Shown here piece after piece: positions 39,366 through 49,046 of a stretch of DNA of 64,000 nt. The position numbers were made by a program, and so were the translations under genes. Source of the stretch: Segetibacter sp. (GTDB lineage: Bacteria; Bacteroidota; Bacteroidia; Chitinophagales; Chitinophagaceae); NCBI GenBank assembly GCA_028288485.1, contig JAQBNO010000174.1:59955-123954 (forward strand), in the 5' to 3' direction. The number at the start of each line of letters is the position of its first letter. Positions within the stretch are counted from its first letter, which is position 1. A model generated the notes under the pieces. The model was not told the DNA's origin. It saw only the letters and a program-made list of their open reading frames with translations, and did not search any database.

Positions 39366-39890
39366 ATGAAGGATTATTTTAGTATTGGAAAAATCGTTGC
39401 TTCTCATGGCCTTACCGGTGAGGTAGTTCTGCAACACGCACTTGGAAAAAAGACAGACCTGAAGGGACTGCAAACCATCTTCGTTGAAGAAAGAAAGGAT
39501 TCCTTTTTACCCTATTTTGTTGAGAGCACCAGTGCCAAAAACCAGCAGGAAGTGTACATAAAATTGGAAGGCTTCAACACAAAAGAAAGTGCCCGGCGGC
39601 TGAACCAGAAGGAAGTATGGCTGCTCAAGGCTGATTTTGACAAATATGCTGCGAAATCTTCACCCATTTCCATGCTTGGTTATATGATGATAAATGAAGG
39701 TGAAGAAATAGGCGAAGTAATCGAAGTGATTGAGCAGCCTTTACAGGTTCTTTGTAAAATAATGTACCAGGGCAACGAAGCGCTTATTCCTATCCACGAG
39801 GAAAGCCTCGAGAAGATCGATAAGAAGAAAAAGCAGGTATTTGTGAACCTGCCCGAGGGTTTACTCGATATCTATGCACCCAACCCCTAA
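39366..39890 (+). CDS. rimM: 16S rRNA processing protein RimM
   Basis: 174 aa. The IGKIVASHGLTGEVVL start motif and a PRC-barrel C-terminal domain. Confidence 0.85.
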   Translation: MKDYFSIGKIVASHGLTGEVVLQHALGKKTDLKGLQTIFVEERKDSFLPYFVESTSAKNQQEVYIKLEGFNTKESARRLNQKEVWLLKADFDKYAAKSSPISMLGYMMINEGEEIGEVIEVIEQPLQVLCKIMYQGNEALIPIHEESLEKIDKKKKQVFVNLPEGLLDIYAPNP

Positions 39891-39919
39891 AGGGGAGTAT
39901 AATTGGCCATTTCTTTCTC

Positions 39920-40500
39920 TCACCGCCCTTTAAGGCGGGGGCATGCTCTTTCTGCCTGTAGCGCATGCCTGTAATGGTGGGGCTATTAAAAAGCGGAAGG
40001 TGTCTCCCCAGTTTCAGCTTAATGAATTTTGCAATCGTGACAGGAACCCTTGCTTTTTCAAGGTCAATCTTCCTTGCCCTTCCAGTAAGGTCAGCATTCT
40101 CTCCTGCTGATCTATAATTCGCTTAATACTTGATCACTATTCAAAGCTGCAATAGGTGAGTGATTTTTTGGTGCAGACATCTTTTTCATTTTCTTCCCTG
40201 CGGTCGCATAAAGCATCAGGTTCGTAAAATAATTTCCCAGCCACCCCGGTGTGTATTCTTCGCTCGACGACCAACGGTTTCGTGTTGCTTTTTCAATCGA
40301 TTTTTCAATGGCGGGAAGGTAATAATGTCCATAGCTGTTTAAGTGTTCGAGGTATTGAGTTACGCTCCACTTGTTTTCTGCGCGTTGTCGTAATAATTTT
40401 GATGGCGTGGTCATTGCCATTCTGAAACAGCTTTTTGCAGGAAGCTTTCGGTTTGTTGTTGAAGATCGTCGATTAGCGTTTTGGTATTGTAGTGTTGCAT
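39920..40500 (-). pseudogene. DinB-family (four-helix-bundle) protein gene with multiple frameshifts
   Basis: Five consecutive segments lie in different frames. They are MQHYNTKTLIDDLQQQTESFLQKAVSEWQ*, then TTPSKLLRQRAENKWSVTQYLEHLNSYGHYYLP..VLSEL*, then IIDQQERMLTLLEGQG, then RKIDLEKARVPVTIAKFIKLKLGDTFRFLIA, then HHYRHALQAERA... The shifts sit in short homopolymers. Confidence 0.6.
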
Positions 40501-40720
40501 TTGTATAAATTTTAAACAAAGCTGCAAATAAGAACACCGGAAAATGTTGGTGTAGACAAAGAATTTCTGCAAGAATAACCGTATGATTTGCTGAGAATTC
40601 TTTACAGCGATAAAAAGGTTCGGGTACAGCCATTGAGTTACCGCCTAACTATTGTAAATTTAGAAACAGGGTAGATTTTTACCTGTATAATTTCTCCCGG
40701 CCCATTTATAAACTTTACAC

Positions 40721-41218
40721 ATGAGCAAAGATAAATTTCAGCTGTCAAAGGAATCTGGTATGCATTACCGGCTTGGCCTACTGGTGGGCCAATGGGAAGG
40801 GACCACAAAAACATGGTTTGAGCCCGGGGTTTTGGCGGATGAGTCTCCCATGCAAGGCACCATGAAAGCAGTTCTTGACGGTCGCTTTATCATGCATGAA
40901 TACCAGGGCAGTCTACATGGAAAACCTTTTGAAGGCATTGCGATTATTGGCTACAGCATGAGCAATGAGCAGTTTGAATGTGCCTGGATTGATAGCTTTC
41001 ATATGGGAACGAGTATTATGTTTTCTGAAGGAAATGCAACAGATAAATTGTTTTCGGTTTTTGGAAGTTACGGGGGAAAAGAATTAGAGCAGAAATGGGG
41101 ATGGAGAACCGAAATTGAAATGCAGGAAAACAATCGGTTAATGATTACTGCCTATAACATTTCACCTGACGGTGAAGAAGCAAAGGCGACTGAAACGGTT
41201 TATAACAGGAAGCAGTAG
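40721..41218 (+). CDS. DUF1579-like protein
   Basis: 165 aa. The W.G...TWFEPG ... FIMHEY.G ... FECAWIDSFHMGT pattern is as in DUF1579 proteins. Confidence 0.55.
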   Translation: MSKDKFQLSKESGMHYRLGLLVGQWEGTTKTWFEPGVLADESPMQGTMKAVLDGRFIMHEYQGSLHGKPFEGIAIIGYSMSNEQFECAWIDSFHMGTSIMFSEGNATDKLFSVFGSYGGKELEQKWGWRTEIEMQENNRLMITAYNISPDGEEAKATETVYNRKQ

Positions 41219-41245
41219 TGAGCGGTCACAGGTGGCGGTAGCAAG

Positions 41246-41348
41246 CTGCAGGTAACGGCTTTAAACCTGCAGTTACGGGCTGCCTGGTTCAAGACAACCT
41301 TACAGGTTTCCTGTTTCACGTTTAACATTTTACGTTTGACGTTTCACT
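41246..41348. repeat. palindrome plus short direct repeats (low-complexity intergenic module)
   Basis: ctgcaggt..acctgcag (41246..41272), then tcacgtttaac / ttacgtttgac / gtttcac direct repeats (41316..41348). Confidence 0.5.
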
Positions 41349-41352
41349 CCAA

Positions 41353-41890
41353 TTACAACCTTACCCTGCCCAATAATTTGCTGAGGAACGTAGCTGCATC
41401 GATTCGTAATAAGAAGCGAGATATTTGTGGGATATCCGTTGAAGCACATGCGGACTTCTTTTCAACATTACTTTAAACTTCTCTTCTGCCGAAAAACTTT
41501 GCAGTTCTATTTGTCTTTCCGTTACCCCGCCATAGTGAACGCAAGCGATTTTCGTACAAACGTATCAACGTTATGATACTTCTTCATCAGGTCGTTCACC
41601 TGGTTAAAAGTTGTTCTTATAAATTCACGTGCAGTAAGGGTTTCTAAAAAATACCTGGATGGTTGCTGTAAGAGAAAACGGTCTAATACACCTGAGAATG
41701 AGCCCGCATAAGAAAAGACAAGCGTAGCATCTTTATCACCGTTTTCCTTTAAAAGGAGAGCCCGTTGAACGCCTTCAGCTACCAAGTAAAGGTACTTTTC
41801 TATTTCGCCTGTAGCAGTTAGAATAGTTTTTCGTTTAGCAGCAAAAGGTTGCCAGATACTTTCAAAGTCATTCCATTCTTCATCATTCAA
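41353..41890 (-). pseudogene. Crp/Fnr-family transcriptional regulator gene with two frameshifts
   Basis: The cNMP-binding-like N-terminus (ORF 41522..41890) ends ..AFTMAG*. It continues in a second frame as VTERQIELQSFSAEEKFKVMLKRSPHVLQRIPHKYLASYY, and in a third frame as GIDAATFLSKLLGRVRL*. The first shift is at a G4 run. Confidence 0.6.
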
Positions 41891-42203
41891 GTACGAACTT
41901 TTGATACAACGGTGTTTAGATTGTTTAGAGCTGTTGTATTATTCAATGATTTGTTTAGGAGGTCAACGCTATTAAAAGAACGGATATTTTTTACGGCAGC
42001 AACACTTTTGAAAGTAAAAAATATGCGAGGTTATATTGCTATGGCAAATAATTTCTGCTGGTAAGTTTTGTAATTGCACTTATTTTGTCGGCCGCCATGA
42101 AAAGATGCAGTGCAAGGAAGTGATGCCGATCCGAACTGGTTCATCAGTGCGGGCAACCGGAGTTCCATCGAAAAACAAATGACCACGCAGAAAACAAAAG
42201 GAT

Positions 42204-43247
42204 TTGAATAAAGCAGAGTTTCAAAAGAACGCGCATGATAACAATAACTTTGGCTTGTTAAGATTGCTGGCTGCTCTTTTCGTATTAATATCTCACTCCT
42301 TCGGAATTTTAAATAAAGGTTTACAACAACCCGGCTTGTGGTATAAAGACAAGCATCTTATTCTAAGTGATGTTGGTCTTTATATTTTTTTTACTATCAG
42401 CGGTTTCCTTGTTACCCAGAGTTTGTTTAATTCTAATTCGTTGAAACATTATTTATGGAAGCGGTTTCTAAGAATTTTTCCTGCTCTCGCCATCGCTAAC
42501 CTGGTATGTATTATCATCGGTTGTTTTGTTACCCGCTTGACTTTTCGCGACTATTTATTGAACGTCGAAACCTGGAGTTATTTTTTTAAAAATACTACGG
42601 TCGTTGTTAACCAGTTTACTTTACCTGGTGTTTTTGATACATTAAAAGATAATAGTGTAAATGCATCTTTGTGGACCATTCTCATTGAAGTGGAGTGTTA
42701 TATTGTTCTGCTTCTTACAGCCTATATTGTAGTAATACGGAAATGGCTTTTCTTAACCTGCTTTGTTTTATTCCAGGCGTTAGGGGTGTATTTAACAGTA
42801 ATTCATCCTATGCACATAAAGGGTCTAAACTTGAATGTATATTTTACATTCGGCACATATTTCTACCTCGGTTCATTGTTTTATTGCTTCAAAGACAACA
42901 TTCGCTTTAAATGGTTTTATGCAAATATTTTAATGGCTGTCGCTTTGTTAACAGTCTATACTTTCCTGGAGCCTGTTACGCTCGCTGTTTTTATTGCTTA
43001 TTGTGTCATTATCATAGGAACCTCTAAAGCTATCGTGAGCTTAAAAGGCTATGATCTTTCTTACGGGTTTTACTTATATGCGTTTCCCGTTCAGCAGTTG
43101 GTATTGCTTTACTTTGGTTACGATATAAATGTTTGGATGCACATTCTAATCTCAAGCCTCATCACTTTGGTGTTCGCATTTTTTTCGTGGAAGTATGTGG
43201 AGAAGCCGTTTCTTCAAAAGAAAGACAGGATAGGAAAGCTTTTATAA
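42204..43247 (+). CDS. acyltransferase family 3 (integral membrane O-acyltransferase)
   Basis: 347 aa with about 10 TM helices. N-terminal NNFGLLRLLAALFVLISHSF is the acyl_transf_3 signature. Confidence 0.8.
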   Translation: MNKAEFQKNAHDNNNFGLLRLLAALFVLISHSFGILNKGLQQPGLWYKDKHLILSDVGLYIFFTISGFLVTQSLFNSNSLKHYLWKRFLRIFPALAIANLVCIIIGCFVTRLTFRDYLLNVETWSYFFKNTTVVVNQFTLPGVFDTLKDNSVNASLWTILIEVECYIVLLLTAYIVVIRKWLFLTCFVLFQALGVYLTVIHPMHIKGLNLNVYFTFGTYFYLGSLFYCFKDNIRFKWFYANILMAVALLTVYTFLEPVTLAVFIAYCVIIIGTSKAIVSLKGYDLSYGFYLYAFPVQQLVLLYFGYDINVWMHILISSLITLVFAFFSWKYVEKPFLQKKDRIGKLL

Positions 43248-43349
43248 AGTATCGTGTTTCTACTCGACTTACCGCCGCGAGTTATTAGTGTCAAAATCTG
43301 TTAACTGCCATCAGTCATCTGTAAACATTTTTCTACCTTAGTACCATTA

Positions 43350-44498
43350 ATGCAAACACCGCAACGCTATATTGCTCATTTTGACCTCGACAGCTTTTTT
43401 GTTTCTGTTGAGGTGTTGAAAGATCCTTCACTCAAAGGTAAAGCTGTGCTCGTAGGCGGACATAGTGAACGGGGCGTTGTAGCTGCATGCAGCTATGAAG
43501 CAAGGAAGTTTGGTATTCACAGCGCGATGCCAACCAAAAAGGCAATGCAGCTTTGTCCACATGCGATCGTATTAAAAGGAAGCCACGGGGAGTATAGCCG
43601 GTATTCACGAATGGTAACCGAAATTATAGCATCGAAAGCCCCGTTGTTTGAAAAAGCTTCAATTGATGAATTTTATCTTGATCTGACGGGCATGGACAAA
43701 TACTTCGATCCTTACAAGTGGACCATTGATCTCAGGCAGGAAATTATAGATAAAACCGGCCTGCCCATTTCGTTTGCTCTCGCAAGCAATAAAATGATTG
43801 CAAAAATAGCAACGGATGAGGCCAAGCCCAATGGTTATATACAGGTAGCTCAAGGTTTTGAAAAGGATTTTTTAGCGCCTCTAAAGGTGAACAAAATTCC
43901 GGGAGTAGGGGAGCACACTTATAAAACCCTATTATCGATGGGTATAAAAACCATTAAAGACATTAGTGAATACGACGTAAAAGAGCTGGAACGTGTTTTA
44001 GGAAAGTATGGTAATGAACTATGGACAAAATCGCAGGGAATTCACACGGGTGAAGTAACAGGATATCATGAAGCCAAATCAATTTCCACCGAAAATACTT
44101 TCCAGGAAAATACTGCTGATATAAAATTCCTTCTCGCCGAACTGGTGCGGATGACCGAGAAGGTTGCGTATGAATTAAGGCAGGACCAAAAGCTTACGGG
44201 TTGCCTTGCTGTAAAAATTCGTTATGGCGACTTTAGTACTTTCAGCAAACAGCTTGCTATTGATTATACTTTCCGCGATGATGAGTTGATAACTATTGCT
44301 AAAGAATTATTTAAAAAACTTCATAAAGCCGGAACTCCTGTTCGGCTATTGGGCGTTCGGTTAAGTGAACTTACAAACCATGCAATTCAATCAAGTTTAT
44401 TCGACGACGTTGGTAAAAAGAATGAGCTGTACAAAGCAATAGATGGTGTGAAAAATAAGTATGGGAAATCTCTTTTGAAAAAGGCGAGGAATGTGTAG
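43350..44498 (+). CDS. dinB: DNA polymerase IV (Y-family)
   Basis: 382 aa. Motifs IAHFDLDSFFVSVE, SIDEFYLDLT and IPGVG. Confidence 0.9.
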   Translation: MQTPQRYIAHFDLDSFFVSVEVLKDPSLKGKAVLVGGHSERGVVAACSYEARKFGIHSAMPTKKAMQLCPHAIVLKGSHGEYSRYSRMVTEIIASKAPLFEKASIDEFYLDLTGMDKYFDPYKWTIDLRQEIIDKTGLPISFALASNKMIAKIATDEAKPNGYIQVAQGFEKDFLAPLKVNKIPGVGEHTYKTLLSMGIKTIKDISEYDVKELERVLGKYGNELWTKSQGIHTGEVTGYHEAKSISTENTFQENTADIKFLLAELVRMTEKVAYELRQDQKLTGCLAVKIRYGDFSTFSKQLAIDYTFRDDELITIAKELFKKLHKAGTPVRLLGVRLSELTNHAIQSSLFDDVGKKNELYKAIDGVKNKYGKSLLKKARNV

Positions 44499-44562
44499 TC
44501 TGCTAATTTTTGATTTTGATATTTGCTGATTTGGGATTTGAGCTTTCAAATTCATAAGCCAC

Positions 44563-44622
44563 GCGGCTTTAGCTATAAATGATCGCACTGCAGTTCATTT
44601 GGCATGGTTTGGGGGCCGCCCC
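44563..44622 (-). repeat. family-C repeat unit (inverted copy of 30786..30845)
   Basis: The reverse complement ggggcggcccccaaaccatgccaaatgaactgcagtgcgatcatttatagctaaagccgc aligns to 30786..30845 at about 88% identity. Confidence 0.7.
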
Positions 44623-44805
44623 CTAAAGTTTTTTGCGTTGCAATCGCTTTATCTGCATAACAATGGGCAGCTTTTGTCTGCTTTGCAAACCATAACTATT
44701 TCTGGGAATATCCGGGTGTTAAAAATAAAATTCAAAATAGATTACTCTATTAAATTAGTGGGTTATTCCTTACCTTCGTGGCCCTTTAAAAATAAAATTA
44801 TCTTT

Positions 44806-45441
44806 ATGAGTTTACGTTTAGGAGATGATGCTCCAAATTTTACAGCAGAAACAACCATTGGTACCATTAATTTTTATGAATACCTTGGTGATAGCTGGGG
44901 TGTTTTATTTTCTCACCCTGCAGATTATACGCCTGTTTGTACAACAGAACTAGGCAGAACTGCAGCCCTAAAAGAAGAATTTGCAAAGAGAGATGTAAAA
45001 GTACTGGCGCTGAGTGTAGACCCAATCGACAAGCATCACGGATGGGTTAAAGACATTAATGAAACGCAGAATGTAACTGTTGATTTCCCAATAATTGCCG
45101 ACGAGGACAGGAAGGTAGCTGGTCTATATGACATGATTCACCCAAACGCTTCTGCAACTGCAACCGTTCGTTCTTTGTTCATTATCGGTCCTGATAAAAA
45201 ACTAAAATTATACATCACTTATCCTGCGAGCACCGGCCGTAACTTCTTCGAGGTTCTACGTGTTATTGATAGCCTTCAGCTTACTGCTAATTACAGCGTA
45301 GCAACACCTGCAAACTGGGAAGAAGGCCAGGATGTAATTGTAGTTCCGGCAGTTAGCACTGAAGATGCAATTAAGAAATTTCCAAAAGGTGTAAACGTTG
45401 TAAAACCTTACTTAAGGTATACGCCACAGCCGAATAAATAG
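44806..45441 (+). CDS. 1-Cys peroxiredoxin (Prx6-like)
   Basis: Start moved to MSLRLGDDAPNF... Motif FSHPADYTPVCTTELG. 211 aa. Confidence 0.85.
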   Translation: MSLRLGDDAPNFTAETTIGTINFYEYLGDSWGVLFSHPADYTPVCTTELGRTAALKEEFAKRDVKVLALSVDPIDKHHGWVKDINETQNVTVDFPIIADEDRKVAGLYDMIHPNASATATVRSLFIIGPDKKLKLYITYPASTGRNFFEVLRVIDSLQLTANYSVATPANWEEGQDVIVVPAVSTEDAIKKFPKGVNVVKPYLRYTPQPNK

Positions 45442-45523
45442 TTCAGAACCGGGATTTTTTGGATTTGAAAGAAATGGATTTTGAGGCAATAAGTATATAT
45501 CACCATTTTTGGTGAATTAAAAA

Positions 45524-45561
45524 AAGGATTGAATGGAAGTATATTCCGTTCAATCCTTTTT
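45524..45561. terminator. bidirectional hairpin terminator between convergent prx and rluA-family genes
   Basis: aaaaaaaggattgaatgg-..-ccgttcaatccttttt. Confidence 0.55.
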
Positions 45562-45663
45562 AATTATTAATCCGGTGCTTTAATGATAGCAACGAAAATC
45601 CAAGTGCTGTTTCCCGTCTGATCTTTCTAAATCCTGCCGATCGTGGTTCTCTTTTATTTCCTC

Positions 45664-46404
45664 TTAGTCCTCGCTAATCTCGCCAATCCTGTTTCTTACA
45701 TTCTTTTTTAACTGCTGCAACAAAGCCTTCAAATCTTTCGACAATGGAGCTTCCAGTTCTTGTTTGTTCCCCTCGGAGTCGGTAAACTTCAACTGGTAAG
45801 AATGAAGTGCAAGGCGATTGAGCAGCGGCCTTTCTTCCAGTTCGTTTTTACTTAGTTTGAATTTTCGCTTTATCGACGAAAGTAGAACAGGTTGACCATC
45901 TCCATACAATTGATCACAAACAATAGTGTTGCCCAAATACTTCGCATGAACGCGGATCTGGTGAGTTCTCCCGGTATGAATTTGAAACTCTACCCACGAA
46001 TACAAACCCAATTCCTCCAGCACTTTGTAATCGGTAACAGAAGGCTTCCCTTTTTTGTGCGTCATCATTAACGTCGTTTTTCCCGGCTTCTCCATTATAG
46101 GAACATCAATCGTTCCTTCCCTGTTCATCATAGTGCCGTTAACGAGGCCGAGGTAAAACTTTTCAACGCTGCGGCCTTCAAATTTCTGAGAAAGGTCTTT
46201 GTGTGTTACTTCGTCTTTAGCAAAAATGATGAGGCCGCTGGTGTCTTTGTCGAGACGATGAACGGTAAAGATTTTGCCAAACTGCTCCTGCAGCAGGCTT
46301 TTAAGCGACGGATCTTTTCCGAACCTGTCGGGTATTGATAACAAACCGGCTGGTTTGTTTATAGCAATAAATTGATCGTTTTGAAATATAATATCAAACT
46401 TCAT
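45664..46404 (-). CDS. RluA-family pseudouridine synthase
   Basis: 246 aa. Catalytic motif HRLDKDTSGLIIFAK and HTGRTHQIRVH. Confidence 0.85.
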   Translation of the reverse strand: MKFDIIFQNDQFIAINKPAGLLSIPDRFGKDPSLKSLLQEQFGKIFTVHRLDKDTSGLIIFAKDEVTHKDLSQKFEGRSVEKFYLGLVNGTMMNREGTIDVPIMEKPGKTTLMMTHKKGKPSVTDYKVLEELGLYSWVEFQIHTGRTHQIRVHAKYLGNTIVCDQLYGDGQPVLLSSIKRKFKLSKNELEERPLLNRLALHSYQLKFTDSEGNKQELEAPLSKDLKALLQQLKKNVRNRIGEISED

Positions 46405-46519
46405 AGTGAAACCCCAAACCCCTACAGGGGCTTTTTAATTTAAGATGTGATTAATGTTGCGAAATGGATTACAGGTGGAAATTATGCCATTAGCGGAATT
46501 GCTCCAACCTGTTCAACAG

Positions 46520-46545
46520 CACAAGAGTGCGACGCAACGATGATG
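46520..46545 (-). repeat. core-B repeat copy
   Basis: The reverse complement reads catcatcgttgcgtcgcactcttgtg. Confidence 0.7.
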
Positions 46546-46577
46546 ACCTGAAAAACTAATGCTCGTAACCAAAAAAA

Positions 46578-47957
46578 CTATTCCCTCACTTTTACAAACG
46601 ACTGGTTCATGAATTTTAAAATCCTGATCTCTTTGTCTTTCAGGAAACGCCAGGTGCCGCGTTGAACGTCTTTCTTTGTGAGGCCGGCGTACATTACACG
46701 GTCGAGGGCTTTTACATCGTATTTAAGGTGTTCGAAAATTCTACGGACAATACGGTTACGGCCACTGTGAATTTCTACACCTATCACACTCTTGTCTTTA
46801 GCATCAGCATAAGCTATCACATCGGGTGCAACAAAACCATCTTCAAGCGTTATGCCCGAAGCGATTTTATCCATATCGCCTTTCGTAAGTGCACGATCAA
46901 GCGTTACTTCGTACACCTTTTTAACTTCATGTTTCGGGTGAGAAAGCTTTTGCGCAAGTTCGCCATCGTTGGTCAACAACAAAACCCCTGAGGTATTTCG
47001 GTCGAGCCGGCCGACAGGGTAAACCCTTTCGGTAGTTGCACTTCTAACGAGGTCCAAAACAGTCTTGCGCCCTTGCGGATCTTCGGAAGTAGTAATATAA
47101 TCTTTTGGCTTATTTAGCAGTATGTAAACAAAATTGCGGCTGGGAGTAATTTTTTTATTGCCGATTGTAACAACATCATCGGGGGTAACTTTCATCCCCG
47201 GATCGGTGGCTAGCGTTCCATTAACAGATACCTTTCCTTCCTTCACTAAAATTGCTGCATCACGACGGGAGCAGACACCGCCATGAGCAATGTATTTATT
47301 CAAAGGCATTTGCTCGCCACTCGTTCTTACAACCTCATTTTTTATTGATGCTCCACCAGCTTCTTTTTTTTTTGATGCATCCGCTCCAGCTGTTTTTGAA
47401 ACAGGAGCATGGTTGGTCTTTTTAGGAAATTTATTCGGCCTTGCTGCTTTTGCTGCCGGTGCTGCATTCTCTTTTGGTAGAAACGAAGTTGGCCTGGCTG
47501 TTTTTGCAACCGGCTTTTCGTTGGTTCTTTGAGAATACTTACCCGGTCTTGCTGCTTTTGCTGCAGGTGCTTCACTCTCTTTTTGTGCGAATTTGTTCGG
47601 TCTCTCAGCTTTTACAGCGGGAGTTTCTGAAGCTTTTTGAGGATACTTATTAGGTCTTGCCGCTTTTGCGACCGGAGCTTCGTTGGCCTTCGGGGGGTAC
47701 TTATTTGGCCTTCCTGTTTTTGCTACAGGCGCTTCATTCTCTTTTTGTGAAAATTTACCAGGCCTCGCTGCTTTCCCGCGTAACGGGGCTTGCTGGCGCT
47801 GCTGAAGTCTTTCGGCTCTTTTTCTTTCAAAATGTTCGTTGATTGCTGCAGCTCTTTCCTTTTTTTCTTTCTTTTTGTGCTGCTTAATTTCTTCTTTAAC
47901 TGCACTTCCTTTCTTTTGTTTTACAAACTTTTGGAAGTTGTCGGTGCGTGAGGGCAT
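46578..47957 (-). CDS. rluB: RsuA/RluB-type pseudouridine synthase with S4 domain and a long repetitive basic N-terminal extension
   Basis: 459 aa. C-terminal 250 aa carry the S4 motif (LNKYIAHGGVCSRRDA) and GRLDRNTSGVLLLTNDG. The N-terminal ~200 aa are K/A/P-rich 18-aa repeats. Confidence 0.8.
   Translation of the reverse strand: MPSRTDNFQKFVKQKKGSAVKEEIKQHKKKEKKERAAAINEHFERKRAERLQQRQQAPLRGKAARPGKFSQKENEAPVAKTGRPNKYPPKANEAPVAKAARPNKYPQKASETPAVKAERPNKFAQKESEAPAAKAARPGKYSQRTNEKPVAKTARPTSFLPKENAAPAAKAARPNKFPKKTNHAPVSKTAGADASKKKEAGGASIKNEVVRTSGEQMPLNKYIAHGGVCSRRDAAILVKEGKVSVNGTLATDPGMKVTPDDVVTIGNKKITPSRNFVYILLNKPKDYITTSEDPQGRKTVLDLVRSATTERVYPVGRLDRNTSGVLLLTNDGELAQKLSHPKHEVKKVYEVTLDRALTKGDMDKIASGITLEDGFVAPDVIAYADAKDKSVIGVEIHSGRNRIVRRIFEHLKYDVKALDRVMYAGLTKKDVQRGTWRFLKDKEIRILKFMNQSFVKVRE
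47388..47789 (-). repeat. in-frame tandem repeat, about 7 units of 54 nt (18 aa)
   Basis: Units such as APVAKTGRPNKYPPKANE / APVAKAARPNKYPQKASE / TPAVKAERPNKFAQKESE / APAAKAARPGKYSQRTNE / KPVAKTARPTSFLPKENA / APAAKAARPNKFPKKTNH. Confidence 0.8.
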
Positions 47958-48022
47958 ATACTTGTTTTAACACTTGCTGTTTTACAACAGTAAATAAAAA
48001 TACCAGCGGCAAAGGTAGAATT

Positions 48023-48048
48023 AAAAAAGCAGACCAATTGGCCTGCTT
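48023..48048 (-). terminator. hairpin terminator after 48083..48724
   Basis: The minus strand reads aagcaggccaattggtctgctttttt. Confidence 0.5.
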
Positions 48049-48082
48049 AATTTTGGGGGGTTAATCTCTTACGATTTCTTAA

Positions 48083-48724
48083 TTATTTAACAGCATCGCT
48101 GTCATGCCGGTTTTTGCGTTGGTTTTTCAGTTGCTTTTTTTGATCATTTGTTAGCAAAGACTGTACATCTGACTTATGTTTTTTCGTCAAATTTTTAATT
48201 TGCTCTTTTTTCTCATCCTGAGAAAGAGTAGTATTATTTTTTAAACTTTCAAGGTTCGATTTAAAAGTAGCGTTCAAACCTGCAACCTTAGCTGATTGTT
48301 CGGCATCCAGGTTTAAATCCTGGGTAATGTTGTTAAACCTGCCACCACGTGTGCCGTCTTTTTTATTTGTCATATAGTCCTTCCTCAATTCAACTGCCTG
48401 CTTTCTTTGATCGGGTGTAAGGATCGACATCATTTTTTCCTGTTGTTGGCGGGCAAGTTCGTTGCGCTTCTGTTTTTGTTCTTCAGGTGTTCCGTTTGTA
48501 CTAACATCTTTCATTTGCTGCCTGAAACTTAACTGCATCGATTTCATTTGCGCTTTCTGATCTTCGGTCAGGTTTAGCTTCTCAAATTTGTCGCCGTTGG
48601 AATGCATATCTTCTTTATTCCATTCTTTATTGTTCGAAGATTTTTTACCGTGTTTTTTGTTGTCCTGCGACATTGCAGAAAAGGTCATCGCCAGTGCCAT
48701 TAGTCCTAAAAATATTCTTTTCAT
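48083..48724 (-). CDS. periplasmic LTxxQ-repeat protein (Spy/CpxP-like)
   Basis: 213 aa with a signal peptide. Five copies of the L(T/S/D)x(D/E)Q motif (LTEDQKAQM, LTPDQRKQA, LDAEQSAKV, LSQDEKKEQ, LTNDQKKQL). The protein is highly charged. Confidence 0.55.
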   Translation of the reverse strand: MKRIFLGLMALAMTFSAMSQDNKKHGKKSSNNKEWNKEDMHSNGDKFEKLNLTEDQKAQMKSMQLSFRQQMKDVSTNGTPEEQKQKRNELARQQQEKMMSILTPDQRKQAVELRKDYMTNKKDGTRGGRFNNITQDLNLDAEQSAKVAGLNATFKSNLESLKNNTTLSQDEKKEQIKNLTKKHKSDVQSLLTNDQKKQLKNQRKNRHDSDAVK

Positions 48725-48852
48725 AACTCTTGTTTTTGTTTGTGTAATAGATAGACGTTCAACGATAACGGAGGTTTAAGAGCCGGCGGGAAAATGAATG
48801 TTAATTAAAATTGAAGAGGTTTTTGTTGCCGGGCATTTGAATGGAAATGAGT

Positions 48853-48876
48853 CATCGTTGCGTCGCACTCTTGTAC
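48853..48876 (+). repeat. core-B repeat copy (consensus-like)
   Basis: catcgttgcgtcgcactcttgtac. Confidence 0.75.
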
Positions 48877-49046
48877 TGTTTGTGCATCTGGCGACAATCA
48901 CACAATACTAAATAATGATTTGTATATAAATTAGCAGTTTCAAGCATTCATAATAAGACATCGTCAATTATTAAATCATTGACGTATTGTATTTAACATT
49001 ACATCGCAAGGTTTTCAAGTCTTACAATTAAATTCATTACCTCCTC

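Noticed and set aside
47290-47905. Several 60 to 80-aa ORFs on both strands, and the possibility that the 54-nt periodicity is a CRISPR-like array
   Set aside because: The periodic units are contiguous with no unique spacers. They are diverged from one another and sit in frame inside the RluB-type gene. The extra ORFs are by-products of the repeat.
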